DNA of 64,000 bases from Podarcis liolepis. Its lineage: Eukaryota. Where the stretch lies: assembly GCA_965112155.1 (NCBI GenBank), contig OZ218100.1. One strand, 5' to 3'. This document shows, piece by piece, positions 1-12,066 of the stretch (the first letter of the stretch is position 1; each line of letters starts with the position of its first letter). The position numbers and the translations under genes were made by a program. The notes beneath the pieces are model-generated. The model saw only the letters and a program-made list of their open reading frames with translations. It had not been told where the DNA came from and searched no databases.

Positions 1-19
1 GTTTATTTCTAGTCCATAG

Positions 20-112
20 ATGCCAGTGTCTGCAGGGGACCTTTGGTCACACACGTTGCAATACATGTTAAACTGCTGCAAGCTGCCAGCTCACACAGCC
101 ATGCCACGTTCA
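20..112 (+). other. candidate 93-nt phase-1 cassette exon (unverified)
   Basis: ttctagtccatag| acceptor and weak TCA|GTAACA donor; 93 nt, open as (D)ASVCRGPLVTHVAIHVKLLQAASSHSHATF; TGCATG (Rbfox-type) and YGCY motifs just downstream. No protein recognised. Confidence 0.15.
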
Positions 113-1088
113 GTAACACACTGCTTGCATGCTGCTGTTGCACACTGTGGGGTATACACCGAGTGATGCCTTCGTGTTGGATTGCCTTGTGGGTCAGAAT
201 ATCCGTTTGGTGTCCACTTCATAACCTGAATATAGCTTTGCATAGTGTATTGCCATGTTTCAGTTTTGCCTCAGGATAGGCTTCGCCAGAGCCACTAACG
301 TTTATTGGCATGAACAGTTAGCGTTTCATAAAAAGGCAGGAAGAAAACATTAGGGTTATTCTGGGTGGGTGGGAAGGCTGGTGATCATGGCTGAAAGGCC
401 CATTGTATCATTTACATGAGGTAAGGAGGATGTAATGAATGCTCCTTTCACTTCGCCATTGGCAGTGTCAAGCTAGTGTTGCACAGAGGCTTCTTAACAT
501 GCTACAGATGCCCTGAAAATGTGATAAAATCAGAGACAGTATGTGTCACATTAATATATATTGCACATTTTCTCTTTCTATATGTTTGTGTATATATACA
601 CCATGTTCCTGAGGATGTATAGCAGTCCCAACTTCTTGTGTCATCATCATCATCATCATCATCATCATCTATGTATTATTTTAATCACCAGTACATTTGT
701 TAGCATTATTCAAACACAGAACAAGCTTTAAATGCTTTTAATAAACTCTTAATTGATTATGTTTCCCAAAGCGACATTCTGTGGTTCCTGAAAAAAAATA
801 TGCATTATTCCTGATTCCTCGGTGGGCCTTCAGAAGTGCAGAGCTTTTCAAGAGAGTGAAGGATTACACATTTGTGTTTCAAAAGATGCCATCCCTCTGC
901 CCCCCTCCCTTTTGCCTGCCAAAAAATAAAAATAAAAATAAAAAAATCCCTGCTGCCAGTTTCATTCCTCATGCTCTTCACTTTGCTCAGCTCCAGTTCC
1001 AACTCACTGTGCCAAACTCTCTCCTTTTCTTTCAGGCTTTCTTTTTCTTCGGCTTTTCCCTTTAAAAAAGAAGTAAAAACAAGTGTGT

Positions 1089-1102
1089 GTTGCCATGGCA
1101 AT
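1089..1102. promoter_or_regulatory. RFX X-box-like palindrome
   Basis: GTTGCCATGGCAAT, 13/14 match to the palindromic consensus GTTGCCATGGCAAC; inverted CCAAT (ATTGG) about 20 bp downstream; region lacks recognisable TEs. Confidence 0.5.
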
Positions 1103-1374
1103 AATGTGAAAATGAGCCATTGGTGTTGATTTGAGTCTGTCCAAACTTTTTTTTTTTAAAGGCCTTTAAAGAACAGGAAGGAGCACAGAGAGGGAGATAG
1201 GAGAGAGAGAGGGAGAGGGAGAGATGAAAAGTGGGGCAAAATCGCTGGAAATGCATTTGAGCTGACATAATTCCTCTTTCCCACAGTGGTCATTCACTTG
1301 GGAGGCTCCAATGTCCATTCACTGTCTTAAAGCTAGCTTTTCAGAGCCTGGGGAGGTCATCTTTCGCTGCCTGA

Positions 1375-1428
1375 ATGCCTTTTTTGTTGCTAAACAGTGA
1401 ACTGTTTCTGAAGCCCAGCATAAAGGAG
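1375..1428 (+). other. candidate short first coding exon
   Basis: ATG at 1375 reads MPFLLLNSELFLKPSIKE into a consensus donor GAG|GTGAGT at 1429; downstream of the X-box and a GA-rich tract. Confidence 0.2.
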
Positions 1429-1606
1429 GTGAGTAATTCATTGCAGTTGCCAGGAAGTCTGAGCCACTTGTGAGCTAACAATAGTAAACTTTATCTCCCA
1501 CCCTGAGCCGAAGGTTCCAGCTGAAGATCCAGAATTCTAATAAGGGCCTTTTACTCTCTCATGCCTCCGAGGTTATGGTAATAGTTTAGACATCTTTTTT
1601 CATTAG

Positions 1607-1672
1607 GACGCAGCCATAGCTACAACCACGGCAGTCGAGGCAAGCAACTGCGTGGAGTGAAGCTGGGGAGAG
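1607..1672 (+). other. candidate 66-nt symmetric (phase 1) exon
   Basis: tcttttttcattag| acceptor and GAG|GTGGGA donor; 22 codons (G)RSHSYNHGSRGKQLRGVKLGR; 4 CpGs in 66 nt against a CpG-poor background. Confidence 0.3.
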
Positions 1673-3723
1673 GTGGGATTAAAAGGGAAACACAGAAAAA
1701 TAACTTTAAACCAATTCATAAACTAAGAATGTATACACTGACCACTAATAATGAAACATATGTTTTTCATATTTGTTATGCTATTTTTGTGATATACAAA
1801 TGACGTGAGAAAACCTGGTATACTTCTTTGTATAACAATATTCTTGTTTATAAAACCCAATTTTTAAAAATTGCCTGTTTCATATGAAATAGAAAACCTG
1901 TGTTGAAAGGAATGCGTTCTAAGCCTCTGAGACAATGGAGATCTACCCCACCCACAGTGTTTGAAAAAAGAGCAACTCATGTGAAGCTTGCCTTTCTTCC
2001 CACCTCCCCTGGCTTTGAACAGGAAGGACAACTTGGTGCTGAAGAACACAGAGTGACTCATGAGCAACAACGATGAATCTGTTTGGGCTTCCCTTTGAAA
2101 CCGAATTTGGGTGTCAACAGCAGAAGGGCTGAGAAGACTTCTGCACGATGACAGCCGCTCTGAATGTATGTAGGAATGACACACAGGCATGTGATTCATG
2201 CATCAGGACACCAAATGCAGAAAACGATGAGTGCTTTGAAAGAAGACACAGAACAGAACACCACTTTTCCCTAGCATATTAGGAGTCTGCTCAGGAATGA
2301 AGAGCGCTAGACTCATGGCAGGGACAGAGCCACAGGAGCTACTTTGTGGGCTCATGTGTGGCATGTTGAAAACAACCACCTATTTATCCTTTTTGAAATT
2401 CGCCAGCCAGCAAGATGGGTGGGTGGGTGTGCGTGTGGGTGTTTTGGTGTGTCTGCTGAAATTTTCTTGCTGGGTCGGAAAGGCAGACCTATTCAGAGAG
2501 CTCTTCCATGCCTTTGGCTAGGGCTCCATCCATCCCCATGGTGCCTTGAGAGAAAGCTTCAAAAATGCCTGGATGGATACAAAGCCGGGCAGCTCTGCAA
2601 CATCCACTTAGCGTGCTATAAACTAAAGGGGGAGGGAAGGGGAAAAAATGGATTCAAATGTGAATACAAATAACAAATGAGTTTTGATCTGAAAACTGAG
2701 ACAAAGACATTTGTGCTCTGTTGGCATTCCTTGTACAAGGCAACAGTGTGCCCTTGAGCTACGGAGGATTTTTGCTGATGCCGGTGATGTGAATCAGATC
2801 ACTGTGTGGCCTGTCCATTTGTATGTATGTTCAAGCACTGGAGGGTATCAAGGAGAAGAGGCACCTCACTTCCTGGAAAAGGACCCCCTCTGCCCACTCT
2901 AGTAGGGAACAACTGAGGTCACCCTATCCCTAGATGTCATAAAATGCTGTTTGCTAGCTGCTAGAAATTTGGTCAACTTGCCCCCACAGCACTTCCTCCC
3001 TCACTTAATTTCCCTCATGCAACTCTAGAGGACAAGTCAGCGTGGTCTATTAACCTCTCTTTGAGTGGGCTGTCCATGTGGTTTAACGTCAAATTCCTGT
3101 CGGATGCTTTTATGGGAATGCTGTTCTCCTATCCAACATTCTCCCCTGGTTTTGGGGTTCCATTAGTGCAAATCTATATGAAAAAGTAAGCCCTATTGAG
3201 TTCAATGGGACTTTCTTCAAGAAAACTGTGCATCTGATTGCAGCTCAGATTTTCTAGTCTTGTTCATGGAGTGCACCTAAAAATTTACCAATCTGCTATG
3301 CTTCCATTTTTTAACCCCCCCCAACTATGCAGACATCATTGTGCATAAACATTTTGTCATTGGTTTTGGTTTTTCCCATTCATTGGTCCCTACTCACCAT
3401 TGCATCAAGATGCCTTTGTGCAAAATATTGCATGTATGTACAGAGATTCATGTGCACATTGGCAACCTAGATGGATAGTTGAGGCAAACTGCACATGCTT
3501 GTACTACTCCCAGAATCTTTAAAATAATTTTAGAGGAGATGGTTCTGTCAGGCAAGCAGAAATACTTCTGCTGATGGAGCCATTGCCTTAGTGCTGTGTT
3601 GAATATAACACCATAACTTTACATAAGGCAACAAAGCAGGAAGCAGATCTTAGGGTCATGATGGACAGTGTAAGGGAAACTCAGGTATGCAGCCCCCTTG
3701 GGTGGTGGGAATCCACACTATGG

Positions 3724-3800
3724 ATCATTACAAAAGGAACTGGAAATAAAACTACTGGTATCATTACAGAAGGAACTGGAAATAAAACTACTAGTATCAT
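3724..3800. repeat. 36-bp tandem duplication
   Basis: atcattaca(a/g)aaggaactggaaataaaactact(g/a)gt, two copies. Confidence 0.9.
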
Positions 3801-4267
3801 AATGCTCATAAATAAAATTAAGCTTGGGTTTGCAAAACCCTGTGAATGGATCTGTCTGAAATTTGGCAGGCTTCACCCACTCTGGAGGGCTCCTTTGCCT
3901 GCAAATTTCATCCAGTTATGTGAAAAGCAGAAATATTTTTAGATTTCCCATTATAGACCAAAAAAAAAGAGAGCTTTGGATTAACATATCAGAGTTGGAC
4001 CAAACTGAAATGACACAGACAGGATCCAAAAATGTTTGGGCTGCTTCCAAATGCTACAGATGCAAGGCAAATGTGGTTGCTGTGCCCCCCCTCCATAGAA
4101 TGTACTACAGAAGACAAGACAAAGTCTGGGGTCTGTGGGAGACTCTTTCCATGATGTAGTATTTGTTTATTAATCATGAAACGACTCTAAAGCCTATCTA
4201 TTTCATGAGAACTAAATGGAAATATTGATTGGATCAATATGGTCTATACTGGTATTCAGAAGCATTA

Positions 4268-4370
4268 TGCTTGTAGGTTTCCCATAGGCATCTGGTTGGC
4301 CACTGTGAGAACAGGATGCTGGTCTAGATATGCTATTGGCCTGATCCAGGAGACTCTTCTTGCATTCTTA
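4268..4370 (+). mobile_element. CR1 LINE 3' end fragment
   Basis: ggttggccactgtgagaacaggatgctggtctagat...ggcctgatccag; same sequence recurs near 14.95 kb and 63.73 kb. Confidence 0.65.
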
Positions 4371-5516
4371 GCTGAGTGCAAGATCCTCAGGCCTAGCTGT
4401 TGGGTTTTGAGTTTTTGGTTTTTGAACGTTTCAGAACTCAAATGGTCTTCCAGAATGGATTACGTTAAAAAACTGAGGTACCACTGTAGTTTTTTTGAGC
4501 AAGAACTGGGAGGAACTGCCTTCTCTTCCCTATAATAAAATTAAATAATCATATATATTTTTTTGTCTGTGGCAGCTGAAATGGATATACACCCAATGCC
4601 TGAGCCCCAAATCCACCTATACCTGCAATCAATAAAGTTGTGACCATTTCTAATCCAGATCATTGTCTGCTTGAGTTTATTAATCACATCTTACATTTAT
4701 CTGCTGCCCGGGGCGGGGGCAGCACTGTGACTGGGCCTGCAACAAACCAACAAACTTCATGGTGAGTTTCCTCATCCCCCCCCCCCGAAAAAAGCATTAT
4801 AATATATAGGGCTCTGCTGAAAATCCAAAATGCTGGAATCTTCCAATTAATAATGTAGATCAGTGCAGAATTTCAAACCATCAGTTTAATTATTTGATAT
4901 ATGCATTTTCAATATAGGTATGCATACCAAAGACCAAAAATGCCTATAAGAAGCAGCCCATAATGAAGCTTAATGATGACGAGGGAACATATGCTGTGCT
5001 GGGGGTTGAGCTCAGTTTGAGGATGCTGGCCTTTTAAGATCTTTAAAACAGTGGATGATTGATTTGGTCTAAAAAAAAATAAATAAATCCAGAAGTAAAT
5101 GAGTAATGTTCTACCTCCGGCTACAGCAAAGAAAATTCGGAACTGTACTAAAGTCAATAGCTAGAACCTTCCCTTTCAATTTTGCCTGCTGGCAGGGGGT
5201 GATTCAAAGCTCACACCAATTTGAGGCTAGTGTAAATCTTTCTGAGTCACACTTTGCAAGCAGGATGCTGAAAAGAGTGAAATGATTCTTTCAGCTGAAT
5301 ATCCAAGCAAACGTGCTAGCGGGTGAAAGGAATAAAAAAGAGAGATTTGTGAGATTTCTTAGAAGCACACTGGAAATACTGTCAGAAATCTGAAGACTAG
5401 AGTGATGAGGGGGAATTGGCTGAGGTGGGCGCAAAACAATTAGAAAGAGAAAACCAAGGAGAGACCTCCTCTCATCCTATGATTTGGGAATAGGTATGGT
5501 TGCAAAGCACAGCAGG

Positions 5517-5521
<5 letters not shown>

Positions 5522-5562
<41 letters not shown>
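5522..5562. repeat. (GT)n microsatellite
   Basis: about 20 GT units. Confidence 0.98.
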
Positions 5563-5565
<3 letters not shown>

Positions 5566-6619
5566 GAGAGAGTCTATCAATGTAACATAAACAGAAATCT
5601 TCATCTCAGCATTGGGAGATGTTACTCAGGATCAAGCTATTTGTCCCTTATTTTGCAATACAGTGTGTGTATGTATTTTGTGTGAGTGTGCTGTCTATCC
5701 TGGATGTATTCCCTTGCTGTCTGTGGCGGTAGTCTAATTTTAACTCACTCTGTGTGCTTGTGTGTGTGTGTGTCTTTATCCTTTTCGAAGCAGGAAATAT
5801 TAAATTCTAAATCTGATTGGTCTCACTGTTGCTTACCCCAGGGCAGCTTTTTTAGGCTTATGAAAACTGGCGTCAGTTGACATTGTCATCCCTGTCATCA
5901 AGTGAGTGAGAGCAAAATCCTCGCCATTTCCATTCTAACGAGACAATAAGGCAGAGGAACTGATAAATGCTGAGGTAGGGCAGATTTCTGTAGGGAGGTT
6001 TTAGAGAATAAAGCTCTTCGCTCCCCACCTCCCCCCGCCGGCTTCATGCTCGGCTGTGTTGCTGCTGATGCTACTGACTCTGTCAGGGTATTTTTGTTTT
6101 CATTAACAGATCCCTTCAAAAGAAATGGGTGGGAAATTGTGCAAGCCCTGTGGCCAATGAAGATAATTGAGGAGCTGAGGATTATGTATATCCTCCTGTT
6201 TGCCACACTGCTTTCTTTTATTTTCAGTTGTCATTTTGGGGGTAAAGCTGTCATTCGGCTGAGTCCTCCAGAAATGTATGTTTGCGCCAGCCATCTTCTA
6301 GATACAATACAGAAACCTTTGCCAGCCTAGGGCCCTTCAGCTGTTTTGTATGACCACTCCCATCAGCTCCAGCCAACATGATGAAGTTGTCGTCTAAAAC
6401 ACCTGGAGGGCACTAGGTTGGCAAGACTTCTCTTACTGGAAAATGATCATCAAAGTGAACTGAGTAAAAATGGCTTCTTGAAATTCTTCACCTTATTTGC
6501 AGATGATGGAATTGTGAATTTTCCCCTGAATTCCCCGTGAAAATTCCCCTGAATTTTCTCACTGGTTTCTTTGGGGGGGGGGGTAGACCCTTGGACAGTT
6601 TTGGAGAAAAGTCTCAGAA

Positions 6620-6965
6620 TATTATTGTTATTGTTATTGTTATAATTTATATAACACCCTATACCTGGGGGTTTCAGGGTGGTTCACAAAATAAAATCAA
6701 GATATAAAAAACCACAAAATACGAAATTAAAATAAAAACAACAACCCAATAGCTCCCTCCCACACACAAAAAAAACACATTTAAAAGGGCATAGGATGTA
6801 AATCAGATCAACCAAAGGCCTGGTTAAAAAGGAACGTGTTTGTCTGGCACGTAAAGGTGTATAATGAAGGCGCCAAATGAACTTCCCTGGGGAGAGCTTT
6901 CCATGGATAGGGAGCTACTGCAGAGAAGGCCTGTTCTCGTGTTGCCACTCTCCGAACCTCTTGAG
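6620..6965 (-). mobile_element. L2 LINE 3' fragment
   Basis: TTA/TTG tail then ...ttccatggatagggagctactgcagagaaggcc..., homologous to the 3' end of the L2 at 27.3-27.7 kb. Confidence 0.65.
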
Positions 6966-7515
6966 TGCCTCTTCCATTTTATTTTATTTTTTACATATAG
7001 TTTGTAAATGAACACAGATTAGAACCTAACAACCAGAGGACAGAAAATGTGTGTGGTGTGTACACAGCACCAGCAACTTCTTGTTACACGAATGTTGCTC
7101 AGCAACAAGAGCAGGATGGAGGGAACAAGGGGGGAAATGTAAGGAGTAGCCATCAAAATCTTGACTTCCTTCAACACTACTAAAATATATTGGATTGAAT
7201 CCACAATTGCACCAGAAATTCTCTACTCTGCTTTCAGGCAGTGGAATAGGGAGCAAAACAGGAGCGTGTCAGCATCATGCAGGTTACATCTAATAATCTC
7301 TGGTAGATGAAATTCACCAGCAGTATGTGGAACCCCACCCAAGATAATTCTCCGAATATGTTGCCCCCCCCCATTATTTTCCCATGCAATAAAATAAATT
7401 GCACACCAATTTTGTGCGTATGTGCATTTTTCTGTGGAAGGTGTCCATGGCTTTCACCGGATGCTCAAAGGGGATCATGACCCACCAAAAATTTAAGAAC
7501 CACTGCTTTATGGTA

Positions 7516-8662
7516 CAGTGGTGCCTCGCAAGACGAAATTAATTCGTTCCGCAAGTCTCTTCGTCTTGCGGTTTTTTCGTCTTGCGATGCACGGTTTCCC
7601 ATAGGAATGCATTGAAAATCAATTAATGCGTTCCTAGGGAAACCGCCTTCAGACCAGGTCCGGGGACAGTCTGTCCCCGGACCTCTTCTGAAGGCTGGGG
7701 GGGGGGACAAGGGCTTTTCTTCCCACCCCCAGCATTTTAAAAAACCCTGGGACAGCGGAGGACTTCTCCGCTGTCCGGGGCGATCTTAAAATGCTGGCGG
7801 GCGGCATTTTAAAATCGCCCCGGACAGCGGAGGCAGGCAGGGGGGACAAAGACTTTCGCCCCCTGCCCGCCTTCAGAAGGTGTCCCCGCCCCCCCTCCCC
7901 ACTTCGGAACAGCTTTCCGAAGTGGGGCGGCTGGGGCAGGTGTCCCCGGCCCCCCGCCCCACTTCGGAACAGCTTTCCGAAGTGGGGCGGCTGGGGCAGG
8001 TGTCCCCGCCCCCCCCGCCCCACTTCGGAACAGCTTTCCGAAGTGGGGCGGCTGGGGCAGCTGTCCCCGCCCCCCCTCCCCACTTCGGAACAGCTTTCCG
8101 AAGTGGGGCGGCTGGGGCAGCTGTCCCCGCCCCCCCCGCCCCACTTCGGAACAGCTTTCCGAAGTGGGGCGGCTGGGGCAGCTGTCCCCGCCCCCCGCCC
8201 CACTTCGGAACAGCTTTCCGAAGTGGGGCGGCTGGGGCAGCTGTCCCCGCCCCCCCTCCCCACTTCGGAACAGCTTTCCGAAGTGGGGCGGCTGGGGCAG
8301 GTGTCCCCGCCCCCCCGCCCCACTTCGGAACAGCTTTCCGAAGTGGGGCGGCTGGGGCAGGTGTCCCCGCCCCCCTCCCCACTTCGGAACAGCTGCAAAA
8401 GACATCCGGGGGAAGCGGGGAAGCGAAGCGCTTCGCTTCCCCGCTTCCCCCGACGTCTTTTGCAGCAAGGGGCTGCAGGGAGATCGCTATCTCCCCGCAG
8501 CCCCTTGCTTCAAAAGAGAAGACCCGCTGTCCCCGGGCAAGCTTCGTTTTGCGAAGCAAGCCCATAGGGAAATTCGTCTTGCGAGGCAACTCGAAAACGA
8601 AAAAACCTTTCGTTTTGCGAGTTTTTCGTCTCGCGAGGCGTTCGTCTTGCGGGGTACCACTG
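7516..8662. mobile_element. non-autonomous Tc1/mariner (Tigger/pogo-like) DNA transposon
   Basis: TA|CAGTGGTGCCTCGCAAGACGAA ... TTCGTCTTGCGGGGTACCACTG|TA: terminal inverted repeats with TA target-site duplication; repeated subterminal TTCGTCTTGCG motifs; CpG-rich, so young. Confidence 0.9.
7879..8393. repeat. ~60-bp GC-rich minisatellite, 8.5 copies, each with a perfect hairpin
   Basis: unit g(g/c)tgtccccgcccccc(c/t/g)ccccacttcggaacagctttccgaagtggggcggctggggca; stem CCCCACTTCGGAA/TTCCGAAGTGGGG around a CAGCT loop. Confidence 0.97.
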
Positions 8663-9177
8663 TATTCTGAATGGGGGGGGGGATTAGGCACTGGAGAAAC
8701 ATAAAAGCAAAGAATGAGTTCTTATAGATTTAATCTGTTTTGAAATTAGTTTGCTCTTTACTTTCAAGGAGACTAGCCACTCTTTCCCCACATCTGAGTA
8801 TTTTAGAGAAAACAGCATCAAAAGGTCAGAGTAGCCAGATCATAGGAGGGATCATAGGAAGGATGTGTTAGATATGGGATTTAAACTATCATTTTTTATT
8901 TGTCTTTCATGCCATATACCTTCTGAAGGAGAAGAAATTGTGATAAGACCAAAAAGAAAAAAGAAAGAAAGAAAGAAAGAAACACAACTCCCACAAGAAG
9001 AGGCAGGAGAAAGATGGCTGTGAGAGAGCCAGCTCTGTTTAGTAAAAATTAGTATATTGAAGTGTGCACAGCACACCATATATACACACCACTTTGGTTC
9101 TGTAAACAAAACCCTTTACAACCTAGCCCATACTGGAATTAGCGGTTGTAACTTCATTCTACACTCTTGTCATGTTA

Positions 9178-9490
9178 GGCCCCATGAGTAGTATACATTT
9201 AAAGCATTATCATGCCACTTTAAACAGTCATGGCTTCCCTCAAAGAACCACGGAGACTGTAGTTAAGGGTGCTGGGAGCTGATAGAAGACCTCTGTTCCT
9301 TTCACACAACTACAGTTCACAGAGTGTTTTAACAGTCAGTCCCTCTTCCTAAGGAACTCTGAAACTATCATCTATGAGGGGAATAGGGGTCTCCTAACAA
9401 CACTTTTAAAACTACAATTCCCAGGATTTTTTGGGGGGAAGCCCTGACTGTTAAAAGTAATCTGATACTGCTGTAAATGTATAGTGCAGA
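9178..9490. mobile_element. quasi-palindromic non-autonomous DNA element (MITE)
   Basis: atacatttaaagca...tttaaacagtcatggcttcc ... gactgttaaaag...gtaaatgtatagtg; related copies near 23260-23585 and 53770-53960. Confidence 0.6.
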
Positions 9491-10303
9491 TTGTGCTCTC
9501 TCTGTGTGTATGTGTGTACATACATCTGTTTGAGGGGAAATGGCCAATTATTAACCACCACTTTCAGTTTTTTAGACTTAACATTTTTAGGTTGCTTGCC
9601 CTGCACTATTTCTGATCCCACGTTTGGGTAACCTAGTATGCTTCTGGATATTGTTGGATGCTTAACTCTCTCCAGCTCCTGCCAAGGATGGTCAATGTTG
9701 GGGGTTGTGGTCAATATGTGGAGGGCACCAGGTTGGGGAAGACTGGCAGAAGCCCCGTTCCGTGGCCATTAAGCACTGGACACCTTTGCCTAGCGGCTCT
9801 GTGGCCCATAGATTGCAGCAAAAAACTGGGCAAGGTTTTGCCCAGTATCTTCTCTGTGTGATGGGCTCATGGGAAAAAGCTGCCCCATGAGCCCTTGCTG
9901 CAGAGGGGAGGGGAAGCCCATATAAGGCTGCTTCCCCTGGAGCTCACAGCTGTTTTGCTTTGAGAGCTTCCTGCTCACACAACCTTGTGTTAGAGCCTTC
10001 ACAGAGCAATTTTTGGGTGCTGGTGGACAAGGCTGGAAATGAATTCCTCCCACCCTTCTCAACCTGATTGGCATTTGGTTTTTTGTTGCCTTTCCCTCAG
10101 TGAAATTATGACTTTCATTTTTTGGCAGAAGAACATTGTTTGTATGAGGGCGGAAATGACATGGGTCAGGATCAACATAGTATAGGGGCCCCCCATAAGT
10201 GGCCTGAGGGGAGGATGGGACATGATGATGTGATGGGAGGATGAGTCTGGTATTTGCCTGCTTGGAATCTGCACCCTGGTCCCCCAGTGAGAACTTGCTT
10301 GCT

Positions 10304-10304
<1 letters not shown>

Positions 10305-10350
<46 letters not shown>

Positions 10351-10455
10351 TTATTTATATCCCGCCCATCTGGCTGGGTTTCCTTAGCCACTCTGGGTAG
10401 CTTCCAACCAAATATTAAAAACCATACAGTGTCAGACATTAAAAACCTCCCTAAA
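10305..10455 (-). mobile_element. L2 3' terminus with (TAA)n tail
   Basis: about 15 TAA units then tttatttatatcccgcccatctggctgggtttccttagccactctggg; shared with the 36369 and 41890 copies. Confidence 0.8.
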
Positions 10456-11077
10456 ACATGGTGCTTTGCTTGTACCATGGCCAGGTTCAACATTGGCCGA
10501 CTCCCTACATACGGGTTTGGAGTGATCCAAACCCAGCAGATCCATTCCATCAACATAGGGCCTGTGGAATGATGACTTGATCATAGGGCCCAATGCCATG
10601 CCTACCCTTTGCCCTGCCTGCTGCTGTCAATAACAATTTGGCCTGATTTTATCCCATCACCATTGTACAGTCTGGTTATTTTGCTGCTCTCATGGGTCAC
10701 ATAATGCATCTGCCTGGGCAAATAATCAAGCCATAGTGGTGATGCATTCATTTTGCTTCATGAAGAATTAAGTGTGCTTCATTTCTCTGGCAAGTGGAAT
10801 TTTGACCCCTTGGCATCTTTAGTAGCTTCTCCTTACCTAGGGCCTTTGCAATGGACTTAAAGACAATTGTTCACATTTCTGTCAGGAGACCAGAGGTTCA
10901 TTGACAAGCTTATCAATTGACAAGCAAAATGACACTGGTGCGGCGGAATTAATGCACCCTTCCTCTGCATTTCCTAGCACTGAATATTCCTGTGGTTCTG
11001 TCTTAGCTGTTGACATTCATATCCTTACTTGTTTGTTTGTTTAAGTACAGGTTTCAACTGTGTGACTACAGTGGGAG

Positions 11078-11195
11078 AATTTCCAGAGGGGAAGCCATGT
11101 TAGTCCCTCACAGCAAAGAGTCTTGTGGCACCTTAGGGACAAACACATTTATTACAGCATAAGCTTTTGTGGACTGTAGCCTACTCCCTCAGATG
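11078..11195. mobile_element. Penelope-like element terminal fragment
   Basis: aaagagtcttgtggcaccttag...aacacatttatt...gcataagcttttgtggact; related copies near 24650-24725 and 59985-60108. Confidence 0.6.
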
Positions 11196-11695
11196 GTGGG
11201 ACTGCCCCTGTATATTTCTGTTGCTGCTGACGGTCCTTCTCCCATAAGCATCCATGAGAGATATTGATTTTTTCTTCTTGTTGTGAATTTTACTTCCACA
11301 TGAATGTTCTCTGGTTGTTCTTTTACATGGGAATTCATTGTCCACAGGACTGGAACAACAAAAATCAGGAAGCAGCATTCACTGTGAACCTTATCAAAGG
11401 GAATTAGCTATGGTGAGTGAACAATAACTTCAAATGGCAGGCCTACGAAAAGAACAGAGACTGATAAAGGCAAACCAGTAATTACAATATTAGCACTCCA
11501 CATGCTGAATTCTAATACTGCTTTAAAAGTATAATAAAGCTTTCCCTTCCAAAAGTGTCTTGCAGAAAAAAGAGGGGTGTGTGTGTTCATGAGGGAAATC
11601 TTCTGGAAAGCTCTGTACTCTATAGAGAAGAAAGTAGGTATAGGATCAAAGCCTGAAAGGTGCAGCAAGGGAGATGTGTGTACTTCACTTTAGGC

Positions 11696-12066
11696 TAGGG
11701 CAGGGCAATATATCACCCAAAACTGGTTTGAAGTCCATATTGCGATATTGGTTTATAGCTTTTGACCTGGCAATATATCACGAATCATGATGTGTGTTAG
11801 GGCTGGGTGATATATCATCTAAAACCGGTTTCAAGTCCATACCATGATATTAGTTTCATAATTTTTGACCTGGCAATATATTGGTAATCATGATGTGTGT
11901 GTGTGTGCTATGCAAAAATCACAATGTAGGAAAAACTGTGAAGCCAGCCAATGCCTCTACATAGCTCCATCCTTATTTCAGACATTGTGATATATCAGTA
12001 TATCGCGGTGTTAGCTGGAGATATATCACAAAGTTGAAAACCAGCTCCATCCTTATTCAGACATTG
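11696..12066. mobile_element. hAT-like (TAGGG-ended) non-autonomous element with a duplicated 102-bp left end
   Basis: tagggcagggcaatatatc (11696) and tagggctgggtgatatatc (11798) start two ~102-bp copies; repeated gatat motifs; right end not found. Confidence 0.55.

Noticed and set aside
1008-1059. Minus-strand 52-nt AG...GTGAGT micro-exon within ORF 805-1101
   Set aside because: Length is not a multiple of 3, the sequence is purine-rich and low-complexity, and no supporting minus-strand exons were found.
7879-8393. CRISPR-like array of palindromic repeats
   Set aside because: No unique spacers, no cas genes, and a vertebrate context; it is a minisatellite.
7649-8704. Five or six overlapping 168-274 aa ORFs on both strands
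   Set aside because: Produced by a stop-free GC-rich 60-bp tandem repeat inside a non-autonomous transposon; no domain content.
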